Assembly: GCA_000004985.1 (NCBI GenBank)
Contig: GG738869.1
Source of the DNA: Naegleria gruberi
Lineage: Eukaryota
DNA length: 64,000 nucleotides
Strand: one strand, 5' to 3'
The stretch's first letter is position 1. The number at the start of each line of letters is the position of its first letter. The notes under the pieces were generated by a model. The model ran no database searches, had not been told where the DNA came from, and saw only the letters and a program-made list of their open reading frames with translations. Shown piece by piece: positions 1 to 10,620 of this stretch. Made by a program: the position numbers and the translations under genes.

Positions 1-508
1 AAAGCATTGTAGAATCCGTGTGCTCAAGTGTAAATTTGTGATTGCAATTTGGACAATGCAGAGGTGATGTTTGAGAAAATTTGGAATTGTCCACAATTGT
101 TTGAATACCAACAGATCTTGTTTCAATAGATTGGATTGAAAAATCTCTGATTGGTGTTGGTGTTGATGTAAGTGATGTGTTTGTTGATGAAGAAATTTCC
201 AAATCTTCAGGGGTTGTTTGGGTTGTTTGTACAATATGGAAGGATACTTTCTTTGGAGTATTAATGATTTCCTTCTCGTTTTTTTCTTTTATCTCAAATT
301 TGTTGGTACCACTAATTATCATACTTGAGTGCTGATTTGGATTAGAAAGATCAGGAATAATCTTGGTTATTGGTAGCGAGCTATTTCCAAAGGTTTCATC
401 ATCCATAGTTGGAGATTCGTTTTGAAGAAAGTCCAATTTTTTAGCAACTGAAATCCTCTTTTTAGTAAATTCTCCATCCTTTGTTTTCACAGTACTATTT
501 TGAGCGAG
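1..508 (-). CDS. Partial coding exon of a minus-strand gene continuing beyond the window start. It may be the downstream exon of the 538..1309 gene, or a separate gene starting near 404. The C-terminal-ward part carries a C2H2-like motif (HCPNCNHKFTLEH).
   Basis: The reverse-strand frame is open for about 168 codons from ~508 to position 1 without a stop, which is improbable in AT-rich non-coding DNA. It is preceded by ...aataatag|CTCGCT, which looks like a 3' splice acceptor. The ORF track does not list it because it has no stop in the window. I could not find a frame-compatible donor in the upstream ORF, so connectivity is unresolved. Confidence 0.4.
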
Positions 509-537
509 CTATTATTTCTTGAATTATATTAAAAAAC

Positions 538-1309
538 CTACCTTATTGATTTCAAAATCTTATGTTCAGGAGTAAGAAGTGGACTCGATGGTGCATTTGA
601 ATTTCCAGTGCTTCTTATTGGGGAAAGGAATGATATATCAATTTCTCCAGTCCTAGGGCTTGACTTGCTTGGAGAGAAGAAAAAGTCTTCACGTCTATTT
701 TCCCCAATAATTGGTGACATAAATTGAGGTGGAGAACTAAAACTAAATTCTTCCTCATCATCCATATAATTATTATTCTTCCTTGGAGTAAATGAAAGAT
801 TTTCATTTTGTTCCTGTAATTGCTTATTATTTTCATCCATAAATGAACTATATAATACTACAGCCTTTCCCTTTTTTGATTGTGGTGACAAATCCTCCTT
901 TCTTTGCTTAAAATATTCACTATCCTCCCTTTCAATTGTGCTTCTTTGGGATTCCTTATTATAAATGATTAAAATTACAAAAATTCTTTCAAAACATACT
1001 TCAAAGAATTCTTCTTGTTGCTTCTCTTTCAAAAAATCTGAAATATTTGAAATGTCCACTGGTTTAATTTTTGCAAGTGTATCAATACTCAAATTTAGAC
1101 TAACATTGGATGTATTATGAAATATTTCTTCTGGTTCATCTTCAAAATCGTCATCATATAAAAGTTCTTCATCAAGTGGAGGAAAATTTTCATGATTATC
1201 GGAAAGAAAAGGATTGATCGGAACGTAATTTATAGTATCAGCAACATTAGAGGAGGGAGAGAAGGAATGTTTTGGACTGGAAAGATTAAGTTCTCTTTGT
1301 TTTGGCATT
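538..1309 (-). CDS. Hypothetical acidic, Ser/Asn/Glu-rich protein. The listed ORF is 538..1329, but the first in-frame ATG is at 1309. The listed M at 1329 is a TTG.
   Basis: 263-codon open frame on the minus strand with a protein-like, low-complexity acidic composition (DEEL, SP-rich). The stop is TAG at 538-540. The TAG is followed by a GTAGGT-like donor at ~532-537, but I could not make a frame-consistent splice to the downstream exon. Confidence 0.5.
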
Positions 1310-1385
1310 GAAACTCTCCAGTATTGCAAAAGAGTGAGACAGAGAGCGAGTCTTTTTTTTGGCTTTGCTTCTTGTCCTTTGGCAA

Positions 1386-1460
1386 TTTTGCGCCTTAATT
1401 TTGCGCCAAAAATGTAGTCAACCTATGAAGCAAAATGCTATTCAACATTGGCGCCAATTA
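1386..1460. promoter_or_regulatory. Cluster of three GC-core motifs in the AT-rich promoter of the 538..1309 gene. Two are TTTTGCGCC (1386-1394, 1398-1406) and one is a perfect palindrome TTGGCGCCAA (1448-1457). All resemble E2F sites (TTTSGCGC).
   Basis: Read directly from the sequence. GCGCC cores are conspicuous in otherwise AT-rich intergenic DNA, and the motifs sit 60-130 bp upstream of the putative start. Confidence 0.3.
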
Positions 1461-1590
1461 TTTATGAAGTACCCTATGAACTCATTCAAAGGCATTTGAA
1501 AGGGTTGCTGCGAAGTATATCATTCGAATCGACTTGAAACTCTATTTTTCACTAACAACAACAAGAATATATTAAGAGTGAAATAATAAT

Positions 1591-3300
1591 TTAATAATCT
1601 TCTACGACTGCAGAACTAAAAACTGATTTCTTAGATTTGTTGTTACTCTTCTTTGAGGAGGATTTCAAGTCTGCATACGAACTTTCAAAGAGTTCTTCTT
1701 CATCATCGAAGGAACGATGAATTGGTTCAGCATTTGGGACAGCAGTCTTTCTGAGAACTGGAGTTTCAAATTTGATATTACTAAAGTCATCTTCTTCCTC
1801 ATCGTCATCAGACATTTCCAATAGACTTGGATCATCCACTTGAATGGCTTCATCATCGATTAATTCATCATTTTCTGGTGATTTAATCTTGAGTGGAGGT
1901 GAGATGAATCTAACAGATGGAAGTGCCTCTCTTGTCTTTATGGCAGGCTGTTGTTGTTGTGTGTTGGATTGTGTTTGAGAATTTGTTGAGGATTTAAAAG
2001 TTGGAGGAGCATCACAATCGTCCTCTTCAATATTTGTCGTAGCAAGTAGAGTGTGAAGAGATTTAATACTCTTTGATGAAACATCTTCCTTATCCAATTC
2101 TTCCAAACCATCAGTGAGTTTTTGAGATTTAAGTTTCTTTAAACGTTTGGCAAGTAACATGTTTTCTTCTTCCAATCTTTCAACTTCTTTCTTTTTTCTT
2201 GTCAATTGGTCTCTCATATCTTCCAATAATTTTTCATATTTAACTTCAGTTCCAATTAACTTTTCATTCAAATCATCAATCTTCTTCTTTAACATGATAA
2301 TAGTTTCATGATCAGCAGAATCATGTGAATGACTTGTTGATTTTAATGAACTCTTAAAATCATCATCTTTTGACAACTCAATACTAATACGTTTCTCTCT
2401 GGTAACAACTGTTTTAGAGACAGGTTGTGGTTTAACTTGATTTTCCATTGACTTTTTCATATCCCTCTCCATTTCACGTTGTTCTTTTTGAAGATCTAAA
2501 ACCATTTGTTGTCTCATTTGTTTGAGTTCTCTTTTAATTTTATCCTCTTCTATTAATTTAAACTTTTCAACTTGTTGTTTAATTAAATCGAGTTGTTCTT
2601 GTTTATATTGTTTCAATTCCTTATCAATTTCCATTTTAGATGATGGGGTAGTTTGTTCTGTTTTTTCCTCAACTGGTGATTTGTTAATAGAAGAAACTGG
2701 TGAGGTAGCTTTTGATGATGAAGCAACTGGTGTTTCAACTTTTTCATTTGATTTAATAGAACTGATACTAAATGTTTTCCCAAATGTTACTGAATCTGGA
2801 TTAATAGTCAAGAGTGGACCTTTGTATTGTTTTTGGGATGCATAATCAGACAAGTCAACTAGACCTCTCAAAATTCCAGCAATAATTGGTGATTTTTCAT
2901 CAAAGGTAGCACATAATTTGTGGAAATCCTTTGAATTAAATGTTGATAGTTCACTGTTGTTTGTCAATAATAATTTCTTTTTGTATTTTAATTATTATTA
3001 ACTAACATAATTGTTATCTTGAAAACTTACAATTTCCTTTAGGAAGGTTTCACAATTTTCTTGTTCCATAAATTCCATTCCTCTCGGATTCTTGTTGAAC
3101 ATTACGAAACGTCCTTTCAATTTTGTGATTAATTTACAAAGAGCAACACCATCTTTGAATGAAGAGAAAAATGTAGAGATTGGAGTAGGAGATTCCAAGT
3201 TAATAGACACTTCTTCTGATTTGTTTGTTTCGTTTATCCAATCACGAAGTGCAATTAGTGTTGGTGATGACTTTAAACAATCATCAGATAATTTAGACAT
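1591..3300 (-). CDS. Calponin-homology (CH) domain protein with a long C-terminal coiled-coil. Two exons: 3031..3300 and 1591..2976, with a 54-nt intron at 2977..3030.
   Basis: Exon 1 translates to MSKLSDD...FKDGVALCKLITKLKG..., which carries the CH-domain signature. The donor is GAAATT|gtaagt and the acceptor is ...aaaaag|AAATTATTATTG, which keeps the frame into the 458-aa ORF listed at 1591..2967 (whose 'M' is a TTG). The downstream part is rich in heptad-like E/K/L repeats (LKQYKQEQLDLIKQQVEKFKLIEEDKIKRELKQMRQQM). Confidence 0.7.
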
Positions 3301-3386
3301 TTTTTTTTACTGATTGGTGACGTTGATGATTTATTTGATCTTATAGATCCATTCGTTATTGTGCACTTGTTAGCTTTTTGTGTAAA

Positions 3387-4453
3387 TTATTTGTTTAATC
3401 TCAATTTATCATATTGAGAAAGTGCTTCAAAATCAAAAGTATATTTGTAAGCTCCTGAATAGTCAGAAATGAGAACAGAATTATCAATCTTTGGAGTTAA
3501 CAAAGCATTAAGATCCTTTTCTTTCAATGTACCTTGAATATTGTACTTGTCAATTGTTTGTTGAGTTAAGAACATTTTAACAATACCCCACAAAAACTTG
3601 AGAGACCATGGAGTGTTAATAACAACAATAGCAGCCAATCTTTCAACATAATAAGTACCCTTTTAAGAGTGTTTGAGTATTTTCCAATAATTTAAAAAAT
3701 ACTTACAAGTTCAATAAACATATCCTTGGTTGATTTGATCATATTAGCACTCAATGATGAATCAGTAAGATCAACAATCCAAGTAGTTTGATAAACATTT
3801 TGTGGCATTCTTCTACTGCAAAGTTCATACAACCAAACAAAGAATCTGAATTTCATTTGTTTGCTTTCTTCCTTTTCATTGTCCATCTATTAAATTATTC
3901 AAATTATTATTATTAAACTAAATTTCAATTATGTACTAACCTTATCATTTCCGAGTCTGACATAGATAACTGGGTGTCCAACCTTATCAAAACCACTATG
4001 GAAAAGACTTCCTTGTGATGCAAATTGCTTCACATCACTAATATCAATATTCCAAGGTTGATACTTCTTTCTCCATTCACAAGCTCCCTTTAAAACAGGT
4101 TCTGCTTCATCAACATTCCAATTATATCCCGATAAGAATCTATAAAGTGTCAAGTCAGAGAGGAAATATTCAGCACCGAATGTATTTTCCTTCTTATCGT
4201 GATCGTGCAAAAGTTCATTTTCATTCCATTTGGTATTAATTCTCTCTCTAAAATCGTTAATTTTCTTCTTCTTTTCATCATTTAATGTATCCAAAATTGA
4301 TGATACGGTAATATTTGGAATTTCACCAAAGAGTTTATCCTCTATACACAATAATGAATAATAATATTAATTATAAATAATTTAAAAACAAGCCGTTCGG
4401 ATCCAATACAAAATTTGCAACAACCACTTACCAAGTTCCTTCAAGCTAGCCAT
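3387..4453 (-). CDS. Sec14-like phosphatidylinositol/phosphatidylcholine transfer protein (CRAL-TRIO domain), about 291 aa. Four exons: 4432..4453, 3941..4341, 3707..3886, 3387..3659.
   Basis: The ATG at 4453 opens MASLKEL+g. The three introns are gtaagt...tatag (4342..4431), gttagt...ttaatag (3887..3940) and gtaagt...ttaaaag (3660..3706). Phases are consistent across all junctions (1, 0, 0). The spliced protein has a CRAL-TRIO N-terminal region (DTLNDEKKKKINDFRERI...LLHDHDKKEN...YFLSDLTLYRFLSGYNWNVDEA...KYQPW) and a CRAL-TRIO lipid-binding region (MPQNVYQTTWIVDLTDSSLS...YYVERLAAIVVINTPWSLKFLWGIVKMFL...). Confidence 0.75.
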
Positions 4454-4603
4454 TTTTTTCTTCTATTTTAAATAACAAGATCGATCTTGCAACTGGATGT
4501 ATTGATTGTAATATTGTGATGAAGTTTGATTCTTGACATTGAATAATGACTTGTCTCTTTGGTTTCAACAGAAAATGTTGAAGAACAATAGCAGCTTAAC
4601 CAA

Positions 4604-7438
4604 ATGCAAGTTGATACAAATTCCTCTTACAAAAAAATGTCTTTTCTCCATGCAACATCCTTTGCCTCTGTTGAAATGAAGGATGCAACGACTTGTTCCG
4701 AAAAATTTACTCTTCAAACACAAGTGGAATCCAATAGTAATGTTAAAGTACATTTATTTGAATTGGATGGTGATAATTATTTGATTGTTGCAAGAGAAAG
4801 GTGGATTGATATTTATTTATTACATGAGGAGGATAATCACTTGACAAAGGCTTGCTCAATTAAAAGTGATTTACAAATTATTGATTTTATATTTGATAAC
4901 TATAATATTTACGTATTGTGTTCCGATGGATCACTCTTACTCACAACACTATCATATCATCAAGATGCAAATATTTTCACATTTTCGTCATGGAACCAAT
5001 TAAATACTAATACTACCAATTTTCCTGTTAAATTGTTGAGATATAATGATGCAATAGTTGTGTGCTATATTGAGAATGAGATACAATTTATCAATTTATC
5101 AAATGGCAAAATATTTACTTATCAATATAATGGAGTTCATTTTGACAGTTGTGTTCTTGGTAGTTACTTTTATTTGTGTATCAATAGTACACTAGTTTAC
5201 AAAATGAAATTTAATGAGGAATATAGTTTGATTGAATCTGAGAAAATTAAATCACCATTTGATATTATATCTTTACATACAAGCGAATCTAAAATTATTG
5301 CAATTACTGCTGATTCTAGGATTATTGATATTGAAACATTAGACCAATTACTTAAGATTGAAACTGATCAATATATTTCTGACTATCATCTTTTGCAAAA
5401 AGGTTATTTATGCACTGAACATGGTGATATTTATTCGATTGATGGAAATCAAGCAAATATGCTCTATTCTAAACTTGGTGTTGACAAGATTTGCAAATCA
5501 AGTCAAGAAGCTAATTTCCTTATTGGTTATTCTTCTGTTAGTGATTTGATTTACATACCGTTAGAAGAATCAATGACTGATCTTCAACCTCGATCCCTAC
5601 TGCCAAATATTTCATATGTCATAGATTTTGATAAGAAGGGAGATGATTTTATTATTGCTACTCCAAAACGCCTCTGTAGTGTTAAGAAAGGAATGTCATG
5701 TAGAGTTACTTCTCTAACAGACGAATCTTATGATGGAATAGATAATGTTTTCACTCCAACAACAGATTTTATCATTTTGAGTTTTGTAAATCAAAGTAAG
5801 GTACTTAGAATTTCTGAAGACTCCATTGATGAATGCAATAACAATGTATTCGAATCAAGTCAGGCCACATTTTACTGTAATCAAATTCTTAATTCGTTTA
5901 TTTTACAAGTAACAGCCACTGAAATGAGATTAATGGATTTACAATTAAGTACATTGCTTTCTTCCATTAAAATTAATAGCACAGTTATTACTAGTAAGGC
6001 TAATAATATTTATGTAAGCTATGAAAATAAGATTACTAAATTTGAGGTCAGTCAAGAAGGACAAATAACTGAATCATTTTCCATTACCTTAGATAGAGAC
6101 ATATCTTCAATGAGAGCAACTGATGGTAATCATTTAATTGCCAGCACCTACTCTGGCATTATTTATTTCATTTCAGGAAATACAATTTCTAAAACTATTG
6201 ATATTAACAGTCAGCAAATTGAAACAAATATTGTGGAATCCATTTTCTATACTGGCTCACTTTTACTTCTGGGGTTACGAGATGGTCACTTATTGGTTTA
6301 CGATATTGATCAACTCATTAAAAAGTTCAAATTGGGCGATGTACCTGTACAGCTTAGAGAAACATTTGATGATATAATTATTGCTGTTTCTAACAACTGC
6401 TATTATATTTCTGTAGATTCTTCTATGAATCTCAACATTTCTAATTTATTAGTCAACGATCACATCCTTTCAGTTCAAAACTTTAATGTTACAGGTTATG
6501 AAAACTCCCTGTTGTGTCTTTCTAGTGATAGTAAGATTAAGGTGATCAGTATTGAAACTACCAATTTCCAACCAATGATTAAAGAAATTTATTCCAATGA
6601 AGATTGTCAAAGAGTTCATGTAAACGAAGAGGATAATTCCATAATTTATGTATGCAACAATTATAGTAGTTTGAGATATATTGACGATAGCAAGGAGACA
6701 TTAACACTCTACACATTCCCTCCTTCAGAAAAAATCTACTCAATTACTTCATTTAAGGTAAAGAATGACGATTCACATGATAGTAATTTTGTCATTGTTG
6801 GTACAAAATACACTCGCCATCACAATAATATTATCATGAATAAGGACCCAACTAGTTTATCTCATGGATTACTGCACGTACTGAAACTAGGAAAAGTATC
6901 TGATTCCTACAAATGTGAACATGTTGGATCATGCGAACTTCCTTACATGGTTTATTCTATCAAACAGTATAACAGTCAATATTTGCTTGTTGGTTACGGT
7001 GAAAGACTTGGATTATTTTATTTTGATCAAAAAGAAATGAAATTAGTTGACCAAGCTAGTGTAAGACATTTTGTTAATAGTATTGATATTTGTGATAATT
7101 TGATATGTATTACAGATAGATTTGATGGACTACTTTTCTACATTATTCAAGAGGGTAAATTTTATTATTTGAGTAATGTTAGCTTGAGATTAGATGCATT
7201 GAATTCATCTACATGCAGATTTATCAACTCCAAACGATTAGCAACAATTGATAGAAGCCACCAATTAATTATTTGGAGAATTAATAACATCAATACATCA
7301 ACACATACTATTTCACTTTCCAAAGAAAAATCATTTGATACAAAAGAACTTGCTCTCAAAGTTATTCCAATTTCTAATCATCAACTTTTCTACATTACTT
7401 TGAATGGTAGTATTAATTATTTAAATATAGAGGAATAA
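4604..7438 (+). CDS. Large (944 aa) predicted beta-propeller protein. Its C-terminal region resembles the CPSF-A/DDB1 family, but the family assignment is uncertain.
   Basis: Single long open frame starting at the ATG at 4604. It contains repeated beta-strand-like blocks throughout. The C-terminal segment LVGYGERLGLFYFDQKEMKLVDQASVRHF...DNLICITDRFDGLLFY is reminiscent of the CPSF_A region of DDB1/CPSF160/SF3b130-type proteins. It is shorter than canonical members (>1100 aa). Confidence 0.5.
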   Translation: MQVDTNSSYKKMSFLHATSFASVEMKDATTCSEKFTLQTQVESNSNVKVHLFELDGDNYLIVARERWIDIYLLHEEDNHLTKACSIKSDLQIIDFIFDNYNIYVLCSDGSLLLTTLSYHQDANIFTFSSWNQLNTNTTNFPVKLLRYNDAIVVCYIENEIQFINLSNGKIFTYQYNGVHFDSCVLGSYFYLCINSTLVYKMKFNEEYSLIESEKIKSPFDIISLHTSESKIIAITADSRIIDIETLDQLLKIETDQYISDYHLLQKGYLCTEHGDIYSIDGNQANMLYSKLGVDKICKSSQEANFLIGYSSVSDLIYIPLEESMTDLQPRSLLPNISYVIDFDKKGDDFIIATPKRLCSVKKGMSCRVTSLTDESYDGIDNVFTPTTDFIILSFVNQSKVLRISEDSIDECNNNVFESSQATFYCNQILNSFILQVTATEMRLMDLQLSTLLSSIKINSTVITSKANNIYVSYENKITKFEVSQEGQITESFSITLDRDISSMRATDGNHLIASTYSGIIYFISGNTISKTIDINSQQIETNIVESIFYTGSLLLLGLRDGHLLVYDIDQLIKKFKLGDVPVQLRETFDDIIIAVSNNCYYISVDSSMNLNISNLLVNDHILSVQNFNVTGYENSLLCLSSDSKIKVISIETTNFQPMIKEIYSNEDCQRVHVNEEDNSIIYVCNNYSSLRYIDDSKETLTLYTFPPSEKIYSITSFKVKNDDSHDSNFVIVGTKYTRHHNNIIMNKDPTSLSHGLLHVLKLGKVSDSYKCEHVGSCELPYMVYSIKQYNSQYLLVGYGERLGLFYFDQKEMKLVDQASVRHFVNSIDICDNLICITDRFDGLLFYIIQEGKFYYLSNVSLRLDALNSSTCRFINSKRLATIDRSHQLIIWRINNINTSTHTISLSKEKSFDTKELALKVIPISNHQLFYITLNGSINYLNIEE

Positions 7439-7439
7439 A

Positions 7440-8180
7440 TTATTTGGTAATCCACCAATTTTCATCTTCATCATTCAAAGTTGTTGGAATATGTGAATAT
7501 TTCATATCTTCACTTGAAATGAAAGCCAATTCACTCATATAGCCTCCAATAGCTTTTTCATCTCTAAAAGATTCTTGTTCTCTTCTATTAGTTGGAATAT
7601 CTCGCAGTGGATGATTAAAGTGACAAGCATGTGTACCAGAGTGACCTGGTTTTAATACACACGGTGCCTCACAAAATCTACAATCACACAAATGTCCACA
7701 TTTCAAAATTGGTTCACCTTCAACATGTCCAAATATACATTCATGTTTATGAGGATGACCAAGAGGTAATTTACAAATATGACCATCTTCACAAACCCAA
7801 GAACATAGTAATTGTACTTGAGTTGTTGGTCTGAAAAAGAAATTCATTATTGGAATATTTTGTAATTGATTATCTCTTAATCTGGGAAATAAAAAAGCAA
7901 CCAATGGATCAATAAATAAATTTGAAATAACTGTTTGATATACTCTTGTAATGGTTGGTTTTGTTTGTTGTACTAATTGAGTCCGAAGTGAATAAGTATC
8001 GCTCAATCTTTGAGATCTTAAAGAAGAAATTAAATTATTATTTGATAAATTATCATTAGAATCATCATCCATTAAATTATCATCCAAAGAAAACGATGGT
8101 GGTTGAACAAGTAAAACTCCTCCAGGTGCATTTCCGACAGTTGGGCTTGTTGTAGATTTTTTATCACTCAAAGCCTTCAT
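7440..8180 (-). CDS. Hypothetical Cys/His-rich, probably metal-binding, protein of 246 aa.
   Basis: ATG at 8180 (MKALSDKKSTT...). The C-terminal half has dense Cys/His spacing (CSWVCEDGHICKLPLGHPHKHECIFGHVEGEPILKCGHLCDCRFCEAPCVLKPGHSGTHACHFNHP). I recognise no family for it. The stop lies 1 bp from the stop of the convergent 4604..7438 gene. Confidence 0.5.
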   Translation of the reverse strand: MKALSDKKSTTSPTVGNAPGGVLLVQPPSFSLDDNLMDDDSNDNLSNNNLISSLRSQRLSDTYSLRTQLVQQTKPTITRVYQTVISNLFIDPLVAFLFPRLRDNQLQNIPIMNFFFRPTTQVQLLCSWVCEDGHICKLPLGHPHKHECIFGHVEGEPILKCGHLCDCRFCEAPCVLKPGHSGTHACHFNHPLRDIPTNRREQESFRDEKAIGGYMSELAFISSEDMKYSHIPTTLNDEDENWWITK

Positions 8181-8422
8181 TTTTTTAAATTATTAAAAAA
8201 ACTTTTTTTAAATGAAAAAACTACTTAGTATTTAATAACGTTTTGTAAACTATCCAATTCATTTAATATGCATTTTTGCTATCCCTTTTTTGTAAGTGGG
8301 CATTTAATAATTGAAACTTTTCATGGAGCAATAGCCCCTCCCGCAGGAGTAGTTCTTTTATTGAAATGTGTCTCTGAGCCCTGAATCAATCAGAACATCA
8401 CAGTCAAAAAAAACGTTTCAAT

Positions 8423-9982
8423 ATGAGCCGTTCAATATCTTCCGCCACAATCATCTTGTTGATTGTTGGCATTAGCATGATCATGTTAAATTCATCTTCC
8501 TCATTCGTAAATGCTCAAGATCCAAAATCAAATGTTACCCAATTGATTCAATATTGGGGTTATCCAGTTGAACAACATTATGTAACCACAACAGATGGTT
8601 TTATTCTCTCCGTGTAGGTAATCAGGATTTTTTTTCATCATTTAATATTTATTCATCATCCATATCGTCATCATCATTAATTTTCATACTGACCAATTTG
8701 TTCATGATCGTTATCCAACATTTACAATTATTTATAATTTCATAAACAATTGATAGTCAGAGAATTCCATATGGACGTTCAAGTTTAAGTAGACAAATTC
8801 CAAAAGATAAAAAGAAGGTAGTTTTCCTTCAACATGGTTTTTTGGATTGTTCTGCTACTTGGGTTAATAATTTACCATATCAATCATTGGGATATATTTT
8901 AGCTGATGCAGGATTTGGTTTGTATTTGTTTTTTTCTAATAATTTGTTAATAATTTTAAATTATTGTCTCTTAAATTTCCATATTCGGACAATTTCAAAA
9001 AATTCCGTGGACAATAGATGTTTGGTTGGGTAATGCTAGAGGAAATGAATATTCCAATAGAAATATTTACCACTCTAAACATGATAAACAATTCTGGAAT
9101 TTTTCATGGGATGGTAAGTTTGAATATTTATTACAAAAATTGTAACAAGAAATTTCAATTCTAAATGAAGAAATGGCAATTTATGATCTTACTGCAATGG
9201 TTGATTATGCACTTAAAGTCAGTGGCCAACCAAAATTAGCCTATGTTGGTCACTCTCAAGGTACAACTATGGGATTTGAATGTTTTTCTAGTAATGCTGA
9301 TTCAAATACTAAATATCCAGCATGTCCAAAGGATTTCACAAACAAAATTTCCATTTTTATTGCTATTGCTCCAGTAACTTATTTGGAACATGTTAATAGT
9401 CCAATGATGGAAGCTCTTGCAAAACTTCATGTTGATGAAATTTTAGAATTCCTTGGTGTTGGTGATTTTTTACCAACCACTCAACAATTAGAAAAGTGGA
9501 TTCCTGGAATTTGTTCAAATTCAATTCTTCAAAAAGCTGTCTGCATGAACGTTTACTGTATAATGAGTGGTTGTGATGGTTTGGAAAATAAGGCAAACTC
9601 CTCTCGTTTACCTTTATATATGGATCGTTTACCTGCAGGAACCTCAACAATGAATGCTGGACATTGGGCCCAATTAGTTAGATCTAAGAAATTCCAAATG
9701 TTTGATTATCATTTTGGTAATTATGATCATTATCATCAAGTATCTGCTCCACAAATTGAATTGTCAAATTTACATGTTGATATTGCAATTTATCATGGAG
9801 GTTTGGATATTTTGGCAGATTACAATGATGTTAAGAAATTATTGAGCAAACTTCCAAAAGAACGTCTCAAGAATGTAATGTTCTTTAGTGATTTTGGTCA
9901 TATCGATCTCGTTTGGGGTATTAACAATTATCAACTTTTCTTCAATGATATTGTTAAAAGAGTTTCTGATTCTTTCAATTAA
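8423..9982 (+). CDS. Acid lipase of the gastric/lysosomal type (alpha/beta-hydrolase, abhydro_lipase N-terminal domain), about 417 aa with a signal peptide. Four exons: 8423..8611, 8761..8917, 9018..9113, 9171..9982.
   Basis: The N-terminus is hydrophobic (MSRSISSATIILLIVGISMIML). It is followed by QLIQYWGYPVEQHYVTTTDGFILS|RIPYGRSS...KKVVFLQHGFLDCSATWVNN...ADAGF|DVWLGNARGNEYS...FWNFSWD|EMAIYDLTAMVDYAL...AYVGHSQGTTMGF. This contains the GxSxG nucleophile motif and matches the gastric/lysosomal lipase family. Introns are gtgtag..tcag, gtttgt..caatag and gtaagt..atgaag. Phases are consistent (0, 1, 1). Confidence 0.8.
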
Positions 9983-10097
9983 ACGAAACAGAAAGGAATA
10001 ATAAATTATCTCTTTGCTATCCATATGAAAATGCATTTTCCATAATTGTTCTCTGACAATCAAATTTTCAATTCTAATAAATAAAAATCTTTAAAAA

Positions 10098-10515
10098 ATG
10101 TCTGATCTCGCAAGCAAGTTTGAACTCGCCGTCAAGTACGTCCAAGACGGAATGGCCAAGGATCAATACAAGGTATGTTATGATTTTTAATGAATTAATA
10201 GTAGTGATCATCATCGATATCTATTTGCAATTAATAATATCAAAATAATAATTGAATATTTTCTAGGATTCTAACAAGGAATTGACTGATGATGATCGTC
10301 TTCTCTTCTATGCTTTCTACAAGCAAGTTACTGAAGGTGATGTTAAGGGATCTCAACCATACGCTATCAACTTTGTTGCTAGAGCCAAATGGGATGCCTG
10401 GAACAAGGTCAAGGGTTTGTCAAAGGAAGATGCTATGCAACAATATGTTGATTTGTTGAGTCAAATGGCTCCAGAATGGTTCTCTTATTCTGGTTTGGAC
10501 AAGTACAGAAAATAA
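10098..10515 (+). CDS. Acyl-CoA-binding protein (ACBP/ACB domain), about 107 aa. Two exons: 10098..10172 and 10267..10515.
   Basis: Exon 1 is MSDLASKFELAVKYVQDGMAKDQYK, ending at AAG|gtatgt. Exon 2 follows the acceptor ttttctag| and reads DSNKELTDDDRLLFYAFYKQVTEGDVKGSQPYAINFVARAKWDAWNKVKGLSKEDAMQQYVDLL. This carries the canonical ACBP motifs (YKQ..GD....P.......KAKWDAW..LKG.SKEDAM..Y). Codon choice is C-ending, which suggests high expression. Confidence 0.8.
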
Positions 10516-10620
10516 ACATAGCCTGATTGTATTATTATTCATCATCCATACTTATTTTAATTTCATCAAATAAGTTAAAAATTAATTTCAATCAAATTGA
10601 ATTGTTGAGTTTGAAAAAAA

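Noticed and set aside
2522-2845. Plus-strand 107-aa ORF, and similar small ORFs at 1665..1856, 3092..3313, 5358..5549, 6138..6377, 7165..7359, 7631..7834, 9393..9650, 9839..10063, 10718..11374, 14342..15202, 16641..17116, 17647..17832, 18681..19014 and 25299..25526.
   Set aside because: All lie inside longer, homology-supported genes, antisense or out of frame. Their products are low-complexity mirror images of the real coding strand, as expected for AT-rich coding DNA. Several are 'started' at TTG/GTG by the ORF finder.
8281-8400. GC-richer patch (gcccctcccgcaggag) upstream of the lipase gene, considered as a possible Dictyostelium class I RNA or DUSE-type element.
   Set aside because: The GTGGGCA segment on the reverse strand only loosely resembles the DUSE consensus. 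There is no terminal T-run or obvious stem. It is better treated as ordinary promoter sequence unless small-RNA data say otherwise.
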